Positions 12,366-23,881 of a stretch of DNA of 64,000 nt are shown here, in pieces. The first letter of the stretch is position 1. Each line of letters begins with the position of its first letter. A program made the position numbers and the translations under genes. The DNA is from an uncultured Methanosarcinaceae archaeon (lineage in GTDB: Archaea > Halobacteriota > Methanosarcinia > Methanosarcinales > Methanosarcinaceae), in contig CAWHXP010000010.1 in assembly GCA_963833425.1 (NCBI GenBank), positions 68,841 through 132,840 on the forward strand. Reading direction: 5' to 3'. A model generated the notes under the pieces. That model ran no database searches. It saw only the letters and a list, made by a program, of their open reading frames with translations, and was not told the DNA's origin.

Positions 12366-13265
12366 GTGGGGAATAGGGGATTAAACGGCATGAGCACTGC
12401 ACAGATAACTGAAAATATTAATTTCCCAGCCTTATTTCAAGCTTCAGAGAAGCAACTGCAGCTATATGATATAAGATCCAAGTTGTTACTTTTTTGTAGT
12501 AAAATTGCAGAGTTTGATTTGACCAAAATGACAGATTCAAATCTGGCTGGACTCTACAAGGTTTTTGCAGAATTGGATGCACTAGGAAATCTGGATGTTG
12601 ACAACGAAATGTGTGAGTGTATTCTTCAAGACCCAGTGATTCAGTCCTTACTTCCTACAATCCATTCCAGCTACAGCAGCTTTTTCAGCTTGCATGAGAC
12701 ACATCTTGCACAAAAAATACTTAACTATGAGAACCCCTGGAAAATGTTGCAATCTTTCCCCCTATATCCGAAATACGAAAATCTGATCAGTGTACATTTC
12801 CATAATTCCCCAAAAATTGAAGTGCTGGCCTTTGTAGGTTGTGGTCCCATTCCTGTTACTCTGTTACTTTTCAGTAAATTATATGGCATCCTCTGCATCG
12901 GCATAGATCAAGATCCCGGAGCAGCAGCACTGGCCAAAAGGTGTGTAAAGCACTTTGGCCTCGAAAAAAAAATCAGTATTATTTGGGGGGATGAAACATC
13001 ACTTTCAAAAATTGAATGGAATTCTGTACTCATAGCAGGGCTTGCTGAACCAAAACTACGAATTTTCCAGAACCTCCATAAAATAATTAAAAAAAAATCC
13101 GAGTCAAAAAAACCTATTTCTGTATGCTATCGTAACTATACCGGCATGAGGCAGTTGCTCTACTGGCCCATCCAGCCGAAGTGGACCCGAGGTTTTCGGA
13201 AAATAAATGAAATTTATCCCACAGGTGGAGTAAACAACACTCTAGTCTTCCTGGAGTGTGAATAA
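12366..13265 (+). CDS. Nicotianamine synthase family protein 1 (likely start ATG 12390)
   Basis: FPLYPKYENL, AFVGCGPIPVT, IAGLAEPK, YRNYTGMRQLLY, VNNTLVF motifs typical of archaeal NAS. Confidence 0.9.
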   Translation: MGNRGLNGMSTAQITENINFPALFQASEKQLQLYDIRSKLLLFCSKIAEFDLTKMTDSNLAGLYKVFAELDALGNLDVDNEMCECILQDPVIQSLLPTIHSSYSSFFSLHETHLAQKILNYENPWKMLQSFPLYPKYENLISVHFHNSPKIEVLAFVGCGPIPVTLLLFSKLYGILCIGIDQDPGAAALAKRCVKHFGLEKKISIIWGDETSLSKIEWNSVLIAGLAEPKLRIFQNLHKIIKKKSESKKPISVCYRNYTGMRQLLYWPIQPKWTRGFRKINEIYPTGGVNNTLVFLECE

Positions 13266-14079
13266 TATCTTACAAGTCGAAGCTTCGTACTTAATTTCAG
13301 AACTTCGACAGATTCATGCTCTGATAAAGGATATTGGAGAAGAAGAAGTTTTGGAGAGCTCCTCGGTAGAACTGCAGGTAGCTTTTAAGAGGTTGGATGA
13401 ACTAGCTGCTCTTGAACTGGATGAAGAATCCACAGAGATGATCCTCAAAAGGCTGGAGCTTGAACCTTTGCTTATTTCAATTTCTAACTTTCGGTTCTCA
13501 TATAATCTGAAGGTTGAAATCGAAAAAGCAAAAAGCATCCTTGAAAGCCAGGACCCGTGGAAAACCCTCAAGAATTTTACGTTTTATACAAACTATCTGC
13601 AGCTCGCTAGGACTGAATACATAGGTTCCAAACTAAAACCAGAAGACTGCGTTGTGTTTCTTGGCAGTGGTCCTCTACCACTGAGTTTGATAATGCTCTG
13701 TCACGAGCATGGTGTTCAAGGAATTGGAATTGAGCAAGATGGACAAAGAGCAAGTCTCTCACGGGAAATAATTTCCAAACTCAAGCTTTCAGAAAAAATT
13801 AGAATAATTGAAGGAAATCACATCTGTCTTCCTCTCAAGGATAGATGTGAACTTTACATGATCGCTGCCCAAGCCGAACCCAAAAAAGAGATATTCGAGC
13901 ACCTAGCAAAAGTTCTGCCCAAAGGAAGTAAAATCTCCTATCGTCTATATGAAAAAGGCCTTAGAAGAATACTGGATGGCGGTATTCTCTTCGAACTACC
14001 GGCAGAATTTGAAGAATATCTTAGAGTTCAGCCAGAACCTCCGGTTAATAATACAGTTGTGTTTTTAGAAAAAAATTAG
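13258..14079 (+). CDS. Nicotianamine synthase family protein 2
   Basis: FTFYTNYLQLARTE, VFLGSGPLPLS, IAAQAEPK, SYRLYEKGLR, VNNTVVF; overlaps NAS1 stop by 8 nt. Confidence 0.9.
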   Translation: MNNILQVEASYLISELRQIHALIKDIGEEEVLESSSVELQVAFKRLDELAALELDEESTEMILKRLELEPLLISISNFRFSYNLKVEIEKAKSILESQDPWKTLKNFTFYTNYLQLARTEYIGSKLKPEDCVVFLGSGPLPLSLIMLCHEHGVQGIGIEQDGQRASLSREIISKLKLSEKIRIIEGNHICLPLKDRCELYMIAAQAEPKKEIFEHLAKVLPKGSKISYRLYEKGLRRILDGGILFELPAEFEEYLRVQPEPPVNNTVVFLEKN

Positions 14080-14235
14080 TAGCCCAGCAACCTCTATTTA
14101 CCTTTTAGTTTAGCTGGGAATTTATTCCACTCCTCTTGCCAACAATAGCTAAGATCGAGCAGTTGATAGGTCGCACGACAACGTGCAGCATCTAGATTTT
14201 CTGTAATTTTGGATATTGCCCGGTCAGTTACAACC

Positions 14236-15075
14236 TTAATTCTCATGCTCATGAATGTGCTCCTCATCAAGGGCAGGGTGCAGATGCTCATGCACAAGCA
14301 TGCCGTGAATGTGCATGTGCTCATGGATCAAATTTGCGGAAAGAAGAAGCTCCCGGTTATCAAGTATCTTTTCTGCTCTATCATCCACCACAATCCTATG
14401 GTCTTCGCCCATGACTATGACTCTTTTGCTAATCTGCTCGACTGTTTCAAGGTCATGAGTTGCAGTAATTATTGTCTTTCCCGCAGTCCCAAGATCTTGT
14501 AATAGCTCTATAAGCCATAGCTGGGTTCTCGGGTCCAATCCTGCAGTAGGTTCATCCAACAAAAGGACATCGGGGTTATTAGCCAGAACGGAAGCTATGC
14601 AGACTTTTTTCTTCTCCCCCCCGCTTAGAGTGTGAGGAGATCGATCTTTAAGCTTAGTGATTTCTATCATCTCCATTACTTCCAAAACTCTGGTCCTGAC
14701 ATCCTCAGGATTCATGTCGAGCTGAAGGGGTCCAAATGCAATCTCATCAAAGACTGTGGGCGAGAAGAGCTGCACATCAGAGTTCTGAAAGACAAATCCT
14801 ATTTTTTTTCGGAAATAGGACCTGAATTCATTATCTTTAATAGTATCGAAAACCTCTTCTACTATCTTATTGTCAAAGGCATAGAATTCTCCCAAAGTAG
14901 GATATATAAGCCCGTCTAACATAGCCAACAAAGTAGATTTGCCACAACCATTTGCGCCAATTATAGAAATCCGCTCACCAGGCTCCACTTTGAAGTTAAT
15001 ATCATTTAAGGCATTTATTTTTCCTACATATGAATATGAAACATTCCTTAAGTCAAAGATCGTTTCCATATCCAT
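14236..15075 (-). CDS. nikO: ECF transporter ATPase NikO/CbiO with His-rich tail
   Basis: Walker A GANGCGKS, LSGGEKK, LLLDEPTAGLD; C-terminal HEHMHIH..HEHLH. Confidence 0.9.
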   Translation of the reverse strand: MDMETIFDLRNVSYSYVGKINALNDINFKVEPGERISIIGANGCGKSTLLAMLDGLIYPTLGEFYAFDNKIVEEVFDTIKDNEFRSYFRKKIGFVFQNSDVQLFSPTVFDEIAFGPLQLDMNPEDVRTRVLEVMEMIEITKLKDRSPHTLSGGEKKKVCIASVLANNPDVLLLDEPTAGLDPRTQLWLIELLQDLGTAGKTIITATHDLETVEQISKRVIVMGEDHRIVVDDRAEKILDNRELLLSANLIHEHMHIHGMLVHEHLHPALDEEHIHEHEN

Positions 15076-15076
15076 G

Positions 15077-16013
15077 TCATCTGATAATGTTCTGAGAAAT
15101 CAACACCAAGGCTATGCTCAGAGATATTACTATTGCCCCTGAAACATAATCTCGGATACGCATTTTAAATTCTTGCATTGTTTTAACATCCCCATTGTAG
15201 CTCCTGGATTTCATGGCTTTATATACCTCTTCACTCATTCCCAGAGATCTTATCAGCACGTATCCTATTCGTCCCCCTACCCACTTTTGCTCCTCAAACA
15301 TGCTTCTATATTTTATTGTCCTAGCTTTCTTTGCAATGTACATATCGCGAACCAGATTAGTTAGAACGAAAATATACCTGTAGGTCATACCCAACGTGAA
15401 AACATAGATTTTTGGAACGCCAATACTACGAAAGGACTTAAAGAGCATTTGCTGAGGTGTAGTCAGAAAAAGTAGAACTGTGGCAGAAACACATGTTGCA
15501 ACACGCATTGTAAATATTACAGCGGCATTGACGCCCTGTCTGGTGATATAGATATACTCTCCGGCAGTGAAAATGGCCCCAAGTGAGAGTCAGGACCAAG
15601 GTATGCTAACCTAATTAGAGAATCGCCTGGTAAGAAGATATTGAAGATCATGGGTATAGCGATGATGCCTGAAAAGATGGGGATGAAAAGCCAGACCCGC
15701 TTGATGAAAAACAGGGCATCTATTTTACTGAGATACGAAAACAACAGCGTAAGCATATAAACAAAGATCAGTAATTTCAGATCTCTGATCAAACTCGTTG
15801 CGAATATCAAAATCAGGATAGAAACTAGCTTAATCCTGGAATCCAAGCTTTGAAGCAGGCCTTTTCGCCTTGAATATACTTCTGAAAAAAAGTGGTCTCC
15901 ATGAACTCGACAACTTCCTCAATTGTTCTACCTATGAAGCTCTTTTTACCATGATATACAGCAGAGCACCTACAAGGTTCTACCTTCACTTCTTTCATCC
16001 AGTTCGGGATCAT
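15077..16013 (-). pseudogene. nikQ: ECF T component NikQ/CbiQ split by two frameshifts
   Basis: Three consecutive ORFs (15825-16013, 15517-15846, 15077-15508) with MTYRYIF and AMKSRSY motifs. Confidence 0.85.
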
Positions 16014-16050
16014 TTGCCTCCAGTAAAAATAAAATGAGCTATTAGTTTGG

Positions 16051-16160
16051 TTAATCGTTGAAGCCTCTCTGACACAAAGCCTATTTTATCATTAAGCTCC
16101 TATTGTGCAGATTTTTTATCTGTAGTGCCTGCATTTGCAGCAGGCACTAGAGCAAGTAAC
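16051..16160 (-). pseudogene. Remnant of a nikN/PDGLE-type gene upstream of nikQ
   Basis: Translates to ..AGTT..*ELNDKIGFVSERLQRL, versus ELKDKIGFVPHGLEEL in 39449-39772. Confidence 0.55.
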
Positions 16161-16572
16161 TGAAGCCTTTCAGACTAGAGAGTTCCCATTTTCCTTTTTG
16201 CATAAGTCCAAATTGAGATTATGATTCTCCAGAATACGATAGATATATGTGACCCTAAAAACTGAAATCTTTATTTTGATTGAATAATTCTTCATGTTAT
16301 GGAAAATGCGTCTTATGTGAAGAATAATAACACTCTCAAAACAAGCTTGTTGAGAGAGATTTCCACAAATAATTCAGCTTCTTCAAACATCTAATACGGT
16401 TCTTATGAATTATTCTTGAAGAATATGGGAATTGTGCACTTGAGAAACGAAATAAAATATTACCGAAGCTGTTGTCTAAACATCTATTTTAGACAATTTA
16501 AGGTTAAATGATATTGATTTTTCAGTTCAACTGCATAAGTTCTAGAATATTCTTATAATACCAGATTGTTAA

Positions 16573-16600
16573 GTATTACATAGGCATCATTTTATATTAC
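16573..16600. promoter_or_regulatory. Putative NikR operator GTATTAC-N14-ATATTAC; similar sites at 5819-5846, 10226-10253, 38013-38040, 38341-38368, and an N15 inverted form at 19111-19139
   Basis: Spaced half-sites upstream of the nik remnants, nikM and nikR; AT-rich background lowers certainty. Confidence 0.4.
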
Positions 16601-17516
16601 TTTGTTGGATAAATTTTAATTTTATTATTAAGTATTCCACCTTACAGAGATCCTAGAAACGCTTTGTATTTGGAATCGAAATGTAAATTATAACGACACG
16701 TGAGCCCATAAAAAAGAGAATTTTACAGATATTGGATTAAAAAAATTCTCAAAGATAGAGTAGTAATATAAGATTAAAAAAGTAACCGAGAATACAGATC
16801 TTGGACAATTGAAATCGATGTTATAGTTAAGCTCCTTGATTTTTCGGTATTATCATGTGATTTCCCCACACAAATATTACAATGCTGCATGTTACAACAG
16901 AATTACTCAATAGGTAGGCACTATTGCAAATTTGATGTAAACTCAAAGTTAGATTTTGTTTGCTGCGTGTAATTAGGTTTTCTGAAATGGAACTTTTTTG
17001 TTCAAGAACTTATTGAGATTTGTGCTTTTACAGAAAATGAAACAATTTGATGTAATTTCTTCTCGTTTGTCCCGGTTTAGAGCTAGCCATATGTCTATGT
17101 TTTTCAGAACCGATTATCTGGTCAAGTTTGTTGATTCTATAAAATATCCTAAAACATTAGCAGTTTTCAGAATAAATGAGGTGAAAGATTTCATTGAGCC
17201 AACCCTCTGCAGATGTGCGCAAGAATACCATATATTTTTCAGATATGACAGTAACTTAAAAAATAATCTAACTTTTAATAAATAATAGTAACCAAATAGA
17301 CGAACAAATTATACATCGTATACATCTGTAGAGTATAGGAGATGGGAAATTAATCTCCTTTAGCAGGTAATTATTTAAAAAAATAATAAATATCTATACA
17401 TTAGTATTACTCTATACTACATATTTTACAAAAAGTATTTAACAAATAGCAATTATACATTTATATATAGCCAAATGAATTTAAGGTTCTAAACTTTTGG
17501 CTGAAAAATATGACAG

Positions 17517-17738
17517 ATGGTGAAAGATATGGAAGAAAAAGAAATGCACATCCACGTACATAAGCCCGATGAAAAAAAGCTTGAGGAAGCACAAGTACAT
17601 ATACACTTACATGTCCACGAATATAAACATGAACATGAGCATGAGCACGAAGAAGAGACTCACACACAAGAGCATCCGCATAAAATCGAACATGAACACG
17701 AGCATGAGCACGGACACGAGCATGAGTACAAAAAATAA
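17517..17738 (+). CDS. Small His/Glu-rich (HE)n putative nickel-binding protein
   Basis: MHIHVH, HIHLHVHE, HEHEHEH tracts; GGTGA RBS before ATG 17529. Confidence 0.75.
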   Translation: MVKDMEEKEMHIHVHKPDEKKLEEAQVHIHLHVHEYKHEHEHEHEEETHTQEHPHKIEHEHEHEHGHEHEYKK

Positions 17739-18654
17739 GGATGGATCAAGATAACAATCTAGCTAGTTATGAGTAATTGATGTACTGGCAAAGAAATAAT
17801 CATTTTTCAGGATGTCGATAGAGCAGAGACAAAAATTTTGACCAATCGAGAAAATTTCATTTCATCTACAACCTAGATGAATATAATTTTCTCGATCTTT
17901 ATTCTTGGGATCCATTCGCTTACTAGTCTTAGTTTTCAAATAATTTGGAAATAGTGCTCATAAGCGGAAAAATAAAGCATAAGCAGAGATGCCATAAATA
18001 TTATCATTTAAATCAATAGCTACCTAATTTTATTGATTTCTTACTATAAACACTTAAGTCTTAAATTGAATAAAGGAGTGCCAAAATGTTTCAGTTGATA
18101 GTCCCAAGTTTAGATAAAATTTTGGCTTTACTTGCATTAACTTATGCAGTAATTTGGCGTTGTAGAAACTTTCTCTAAAGTAACATTCTTAGGTTAAATT
18201 TGAATCTAGAAACTTGCCATTGTAAATTTAATTAAAAATGTTCAGTTTGTTTCAACCGTTCCAACCTGCTGTAATTTCTAATGATCAATTATAGTAATGA
18301 GACTAAATAGTTCAGAAGACACTACAAGAAAGATATTTGTATTCACATTGGACATGGAGCCATTTTGGATATCACATTAAACAATTCTATTATCTTCAAT
18401 CATTTTTATAATTGCAACTTAATCTATAAAAAATAGCTTTCTGAACTAAAGAGATTCAAAACTACTTTAGTATATATGTAAAGATTTCTAAAAGGTTATT
18501 ATTGAATTAAAAAATTCTGTCTACTATATTGAAGCTATGTTTGAATCTACTACACCCAAAAATTAAATTGAAAAAATCAAGAGAAACTTCATCCACCTAT
18601 CAAGTTTGACTTCCTTTGATACCAGATACTAATTTATATCATTCCACTAAAGAA

Positions 18655-19077
18655 TCACACATTTTCGTTTGATGGTACAGTTGTGAGTTTTGAGAATTTT
18701 ACCCCTTTTAGGGCCATTATAGATTCGTCAACCTCTTTAATTCTTTCACCATCTCCATCCAAAACAATTACTTCAAAACAGTTTTCATGATCGATGTGTA
18801 TATGCACGGATGACTTTATTAGGTGAGAGTATTGATGCTGGATATCTGCAAGGGCGTTTGAGAGACCTCTTTTATTGTGGTCATAAACAACAGCAATGGT
18901 TCCGATACGATGGCCTTTAATGCCACCCATCCACTCGTAATAGGAAATATAACTCCTGATGGCATCTCTTATGCCTTCTGAACGGGAAGAATAGCCTCTT
19001 TTTTTGGTAATCTCATCAAATTTACTCAAAAGGTTGTCAGGAAGAGAAACCCCTATCCTCATAAGTTCTGTTTCCAT
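18655..19077 (-). CDS. nikR: Nickel-responsive regulator NikR
   Basis: [33 protein letters not shown] Ni site. Confidence 0.96.
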   Translation of the reverse strand: METELMRIGVSLPDNLLSKFDEITKKRGYSSRSEGIRDAIRSYISYYEWMGGIKGHRIGTIAVVYDHNKRGLSNALADIQHQYSHLIKSSVHIHIDHENCFEVIVLDGDGERIKEVDESIMALKGVKFSKLTTVPSNENV

Positions 19078-19714
19078 CGTATCACCAAATTATTTGGATT
19101 TATCCATTTAATAATACTTTATTATAACATAAGTATTACTATATATGTTTTATCCACTTAATAACCACATAAAATAATTAGTTATGATTCCATACTAGAA
19201 ATCAGTACTTCATAAGCCCCGAAAGATATTTTTAATCTGTTAAAGTTTTGAAAACTTCAATATTTAGCAGTTATTTATAGTTCAAAACGTCTTCAATACC
19301 ATCTCTCAGTTTTTTTGTTTCGCCTTTTGGATGGAGAGCGTAGAACGTCTTGATGCATGAAAAACCTAAAAATTTTGGTATTTTACAGATGATATGCCAG
19401 AAAAGACTTTGGAAATATTGAAATTTATCGATGGCCATGTTTTTTTAACTAGTTATCCGAAATATTTACAATCCTAAGCCAACAAAGGTTTGTTAATATG
19501 CATTCACTAAAGCAGGATTTATTCAAAATTATATAATCATAAAAAGAAGTCGATTTAGTCCTAAAAAGAAAGAAATTAAGGGTTTTAAATTTATTTTTAC
19601 GACCTATTGCCGGTAGACCTTTTTGGGGTAGTTTTGCATAAGGATCGCAAAATAATTTAGACCATTATTTATATTCCATATATTTTTTCCAGTTGTTTAT
19701 ATCATTTTCTGGAA

Positions 19715-20026
19715 CTAGGGTTCGACAATTGGATTAAAGTGTCCTGACTCTGTACCAGCAGGTACCTCACCCAAGTAGGGGAAACTGGTTGCAGGAGAAG
19801 GACAAGATACAACCCAGGATCCTGCGCCATTATAAACATACTGACAAGGACCAGACCAGTTCCATCCCCAGCCAAAGCCGTCACCCCAGCTTCCTCCAAA
19901 GCCCCAAGCTCCACCACGGTACCAACCTGCACGTGCACTAACTGACATACCTGTCAATGATACTAAAAACAGAGCTGCTAAATAAATAGACAGTACCTTT
20001 TTCATTTTACTGGATGATTGTTTCAA
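19715..20026 (-). CDS. Small secreted Gly/Trp-rich peptide (shared-leader family)
   Basis: Leader KQSSSKMKKVLSI..SVSA shared with three other ORFs in the window. Confidence 0.7.
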   Translation of the reverse strand: MKQSSSKMKKVLSIYLAALFLVSLTGMSVSARAGWYRGGAWGFGGSWGDGFGWGWNWSGPCQYVYNGAGSWVVSCPSPATSFPYLGEVPAGTESGHFNPIVEP

Positions 20027-20389
20027 TATTTTATTACGCTCCTTTTATATTGTTTAACTTAACACTGAATACTGATAACATTTATAGATATATAAATATA
20101 TATGTATAATTACTAATTTATTGTTTATAAGCCCTGGAAGATAATGATATTCCGTAAGGTAACAAATATTGCCCTATTTCTTTTTTGAGTCGTCAGTAGT
20201 ACTTATTATTTAATCCTTCGTTAAAATTGATTCAAAGCATTTCTTATAATCAATCTTTTACGCCTATTTATTTTGCTAATTTATTAGATTTGGTAATAAA
20301 ATTTGGATATTATCAAAATATTTAGAATATAACCAAAAATTTATCTATAATAGATATAGCATATAATTCTTAATATTTATTAGAATAAA

Positions 20390-21092
20390 TATAAAAGGTG
20401 AAACAAATGTTAAAACAAACATCTAGTAGAATGAAAAAGGTACTGTCTATTTCTTTAGCAGTTCTTTTTGTAATATCGGTGACATCAGTGGCAGCTAGTG
20501 CACACTATGGTGGCTGGGGCGGCTATGGCTGGGGTCCCGGATGGGGCTATGGTACTGGTTGTAGGTGGGTGGGTGGTGATAATTGGCTTTGCCCTGGATT
20601 CAATTTTACATCGGGAATGCCATACACTATTCAAAATTCAACACCTGCAGCTCCAGCTCCTGCGGCTCCGGATCTAGGTCCAGATGCAGGACTAGCTATA
20701 TTTCCAAAAAAAGCATCCACATAGATAATTTCTTCAAGTATGTGATTAAAACAATGTAAATGATGTTACCCTTAGTCATTGTATAGGATTTTGATAAGCA
20801 AGGCATAAAACATTTTAAAATTGACAATAGTTTGAGCTTATTACATTTTTAATCATTCCTGGATAACATCACAAGCTTATCAACAAATAACGTAATTTGT
20901 GGAGTTCAAACATTGTCATAAAATATTAATATATTAAAATTTTGCATTTGATTTAGATAGGTTTCTTTGATGGTTTAGCTGAAGTTCTGTTATATCTGAT
21001 GAGCTCTTTATCATTTTCTTTCACTTCAAAAAAGCAGGATGCTGAAGTAGTAGTTATACTAACTAAATTTTTGTTATTTTATTCTTATTTAT
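20390..21092. repeat. ~700-bp segment duplicated in inverted orientation at ~37135-37850; its 3' part also recurs at ~44760-44980
   Basis: Peptide gene plus downstream sequence (gtttagctgaagttctgttatatctgatgagctct) match in reverse complement. Confidence 0.85.
20398..20724 (+). CDS. Small secreted Gly/Trp-rich peptide (shared-leader family; likely start ATG 20407)
   Basis: Signal peptide ending ASA-H; near-identical paralog at 37507-37836. Confidence 0.75.
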   Translation: MKQMLKQTSSRMKKVLSISLAVLFVISVTSVAASAHYGGWGGYGWGPGWGYGTGCRWVGGDNWLCPGFNFTSGMPYTIQNSTPAAPAPAAPDLGPDAGLAIFPKKAST

Positions 21093-21518
21093 GCTTGTGA
21101 TTTAGTTTAATTAGTTCCAAGTGTTCCAAGAGCTCCATGTGTAATGGATCTTCAATGTTTTCTTATTCTGGAAGGAGCTTAGAAAATTCAGAGATTTTCG
21201 CACCAAAACTATGCATGGAAGATTAAAAAGGTAAAATTTCGATAAACCTCTGACTTTCACGAGTAATTTGGATATCAATTATAAGCATATGATAAAATTA
21301 AGGACTTTATTGGACTCCTCTATAACCCTAAGTTTACAGATCCTACTGATTAATACAATCGTTTATTACACAAAGCATATTTTAGCGGCACGACATATTT
21401 ATAAAAAGTTAATAATGTTACAAATCAAAGCACATACTGTAAAACTTTAAATTATATGGGGAAAAAAGAAGTTGAAGCCCATTTTTATATTGCAAAATAT
21501 GCTTCGATCAAATTATAG

Positions 21519-22890
21519 TTATAATTGTAGCTTAAGAATTTCAGAGCTGTCATCGGTATCCTCAACCCACTTGCAGCTATCTTCCCAGTTGAACACTCCA
21601 ACAGCGAACTCTATTCCGCTCATTTTCACGTATTCCCGGATTTTGTTCAGCGCATGATCTACCATACCACCAGCTGTAAGGATAAGGCAACGCTTTCCAC
21701 AAAGAGCCATTAGTATAGATTTGTCTATAACTCCTGAGGTGACATCCAGGTGGATTCCATCCTGCTCTGCGAGATTTTTACTTTTATTGCCCATTCTACC
21801 TACAAAAACCATTTTCCCTTCTTCCAAAAGTTGTCGTACCTCTCCCAGAGAATAATTAACAGTATCATAAACCAAAATTCCTCCGGCTTTAATCCCTTTA
21901 CGCTTTACTCCAACAATGGCTTTTCCATCGGGATGGAAATGGAGAACTGTAGCGTTAATGGCTTCGTAAGGAGATTGAGTTGCATATTCTCCATACATAA
22001 TTCCAAGGTTTAGACTATCTCCTTCTTTGACTTTCGGAGGAACATCTACCCACATCAGGTCCAGAATTTTTAGGGTACTTACTATTTCTGGTATAGTTTT
22101 TGGGGAGTGTTTGCCGTATGCAAGCCCTCTTCTTTCGAGTTCATGATACATTTCAAGAGTAGTTGGTTGGCAGATGTCTACTTTTTGAAGAAACTCCTGC
22201 TTTTTGAAGACCTCTACAGCAGGTGTTCCCTGGCCTATAAGTTTGCTGCTGGACATGATGTACACATAGTCAGATCAGCGGTACGCCAGATCCACATCAT
22301 GAGTGGAGATGATGATAGTGGTTCCGAATTGGTTAAATTCGTCAATCAGATCCATTATTTCGTCCGCACCCATCGGATCAAGATTCGAGAGAGGTTCATC
22401 CAAAATGATTACTTCGGGTTCCATTGCCATAATCCCAGCAATTGCAACTCTTTTTTTCTGGCCTCCGCTGAGATGATGTGGAGGCTTGTCCTGCAAGTGG
22501 GAAAGCCCAACTTGCTCAAGAGAACTCCTGTACGCAGACATCGACCCTTTCTTTTGAATAACCCAAGTTTGCAGGCCCAAAAGCTACATCCTGGTACACA
22601 GTTGGAGCAAATATCTGGTCATCAGAATTTTGGAAAAGTATTCCTATGGATTTTCGGATTTCTCTGAGGGATTTTGAATCATATTTAACTGAAAATCCAT
22701 GAAAATGAACCTCACCTTCATCAGGTTTGAAGGTTCCATTCAGAAGTAGAAACAGTGTGGACTTTCCTGAACCATTTGGCCCTACAAAAGCGACCTTTTT
22801 CCCTTTTTTGATTTCAATATTCAGACCCTGGCAAGCTACAGTCCCGTCCGGATAGGTGTATTTAAGGTTCTTAGTCTCAAGAATGATCAT
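21519..22890 (-). pseudogene. cbiO: CbiO ATPase with C-terminal extension, broken by a frameshift (~22530) and an in-frame TGA (22275-22277)
   Basis: GPNGSGKS in 22516-22890, LSGGQKK/LDEP in 22275-22580, then [12 protein letters not shown] continuing in frame into 21519-22265. Confidence 0.85.
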
Positions 22891-22901
22891 AACCTGTTAC
22901 C

Positions 22902-23684
22902 TCAAAAAATGGATATATTTTTTGTAAAATAAAAGAGTGAAAGAGTCGAAATGAAATAAACAGAAGTTAAAAGCAATTCTATCGACTTTATAGGCTTGTG
23001 AACTTCGAAAATCGTCATTTTCCCGTTATAACATCTGGAATTCATGGCAATGAAGAGCTTCTCTCCCTGTTCCCACGATCTTATAAAAAGTGTGCTTGTA
23101 AGCATGCCAATAGAATTAATGGAACGCCTGAAATTCGAGTATCCTAATCTTATTGTCTGAGCATACATTATGGAAATGGCAATTTCGAGAAAGACGAAGA
23201 TATAACGATAAATTAGCATGGTAAGTTCTATCAGAGTATCTGGTAGTCCGGAAGTTTTGAAAACAGCAAAGAGTTCGATCATAGGGGTTGTCAGTGCAAG
23301 GAAGTAAAGGCAACACATCCCACTTATAGCCCTTGACAAGACCAGAAGTGCAAGCTCAAGTCCATCTGCCTTTATTGAAAGAGGATATCCTATAAGTTTG
23401 AAGGATAATAGGTCCTGTCCCGAGCCTGAAAAAAAAGCAATTATAAGAACACCAACGGCAGCAAAGCTCATAGGAGCTAGCAAAAGTTTGAAATAGAGTA
23501 TAGGAGACACCCTCCCAAAAACAATTATCGTAAAACTCATACAGAGGGCTATGAATACAGGAGTGATAGGGGATGTACATGAAACTCCTATAATTAATCC
23601 AAAGAAAGCTATTGCTAGTTTCAACCAGTTGTTTCGGTGCCTTAGAGGACTCATAAGAGCATGATCGTCAAGAATATTGGTCAT
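22902..23684 (-). CDS. cbiQ: Cobalt ECF T component CbiQ
   Basis: Membrane protein with LIYRYIF, QTIRLGY, AMNSRCY motifs. Confidence 0.9.
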   Translation of the reverse strand: MTNILDDHALMSPLRHRNNWLKLAIAFFGLIIGVSCTSPITPVFIALCMSFTIIVFGRVSPILYFKLLLAPMSFAAVGVLIIAFFSGSGQDLLSFKLIGYPLSIKADGLELALLVLSRAISGMCCLYFLALTTPMIELFAVFKTSGLPDTLIELTMLIYRYIFVFLEIAISIMYAQTIRLGYSNFRRSINSIGMLTSTLFIRSWEQGEKLFIAMNSRCYNGKMTIFEVHKPIKSIELLLTSVYFISTLSLFYFTKNISIF

Positions 23685-23881
23685 TGGGGCACCTGCTAGA
23701 TAAGTAGATCGAAACTAAAGAATTCTTCGTTATTTCAAGTGAGTTCTCGCCAACTAAAAATTAAAGAGGATTTCGATAAATCTCTGATTTCAATGAATTA
23801 ATTATATGCTCTTTACAAACAATCAAGCAAATTTGAGGGTTTTTTAGAACCCTCTAAAGGTTAAAAATTAAGGATTACCTA

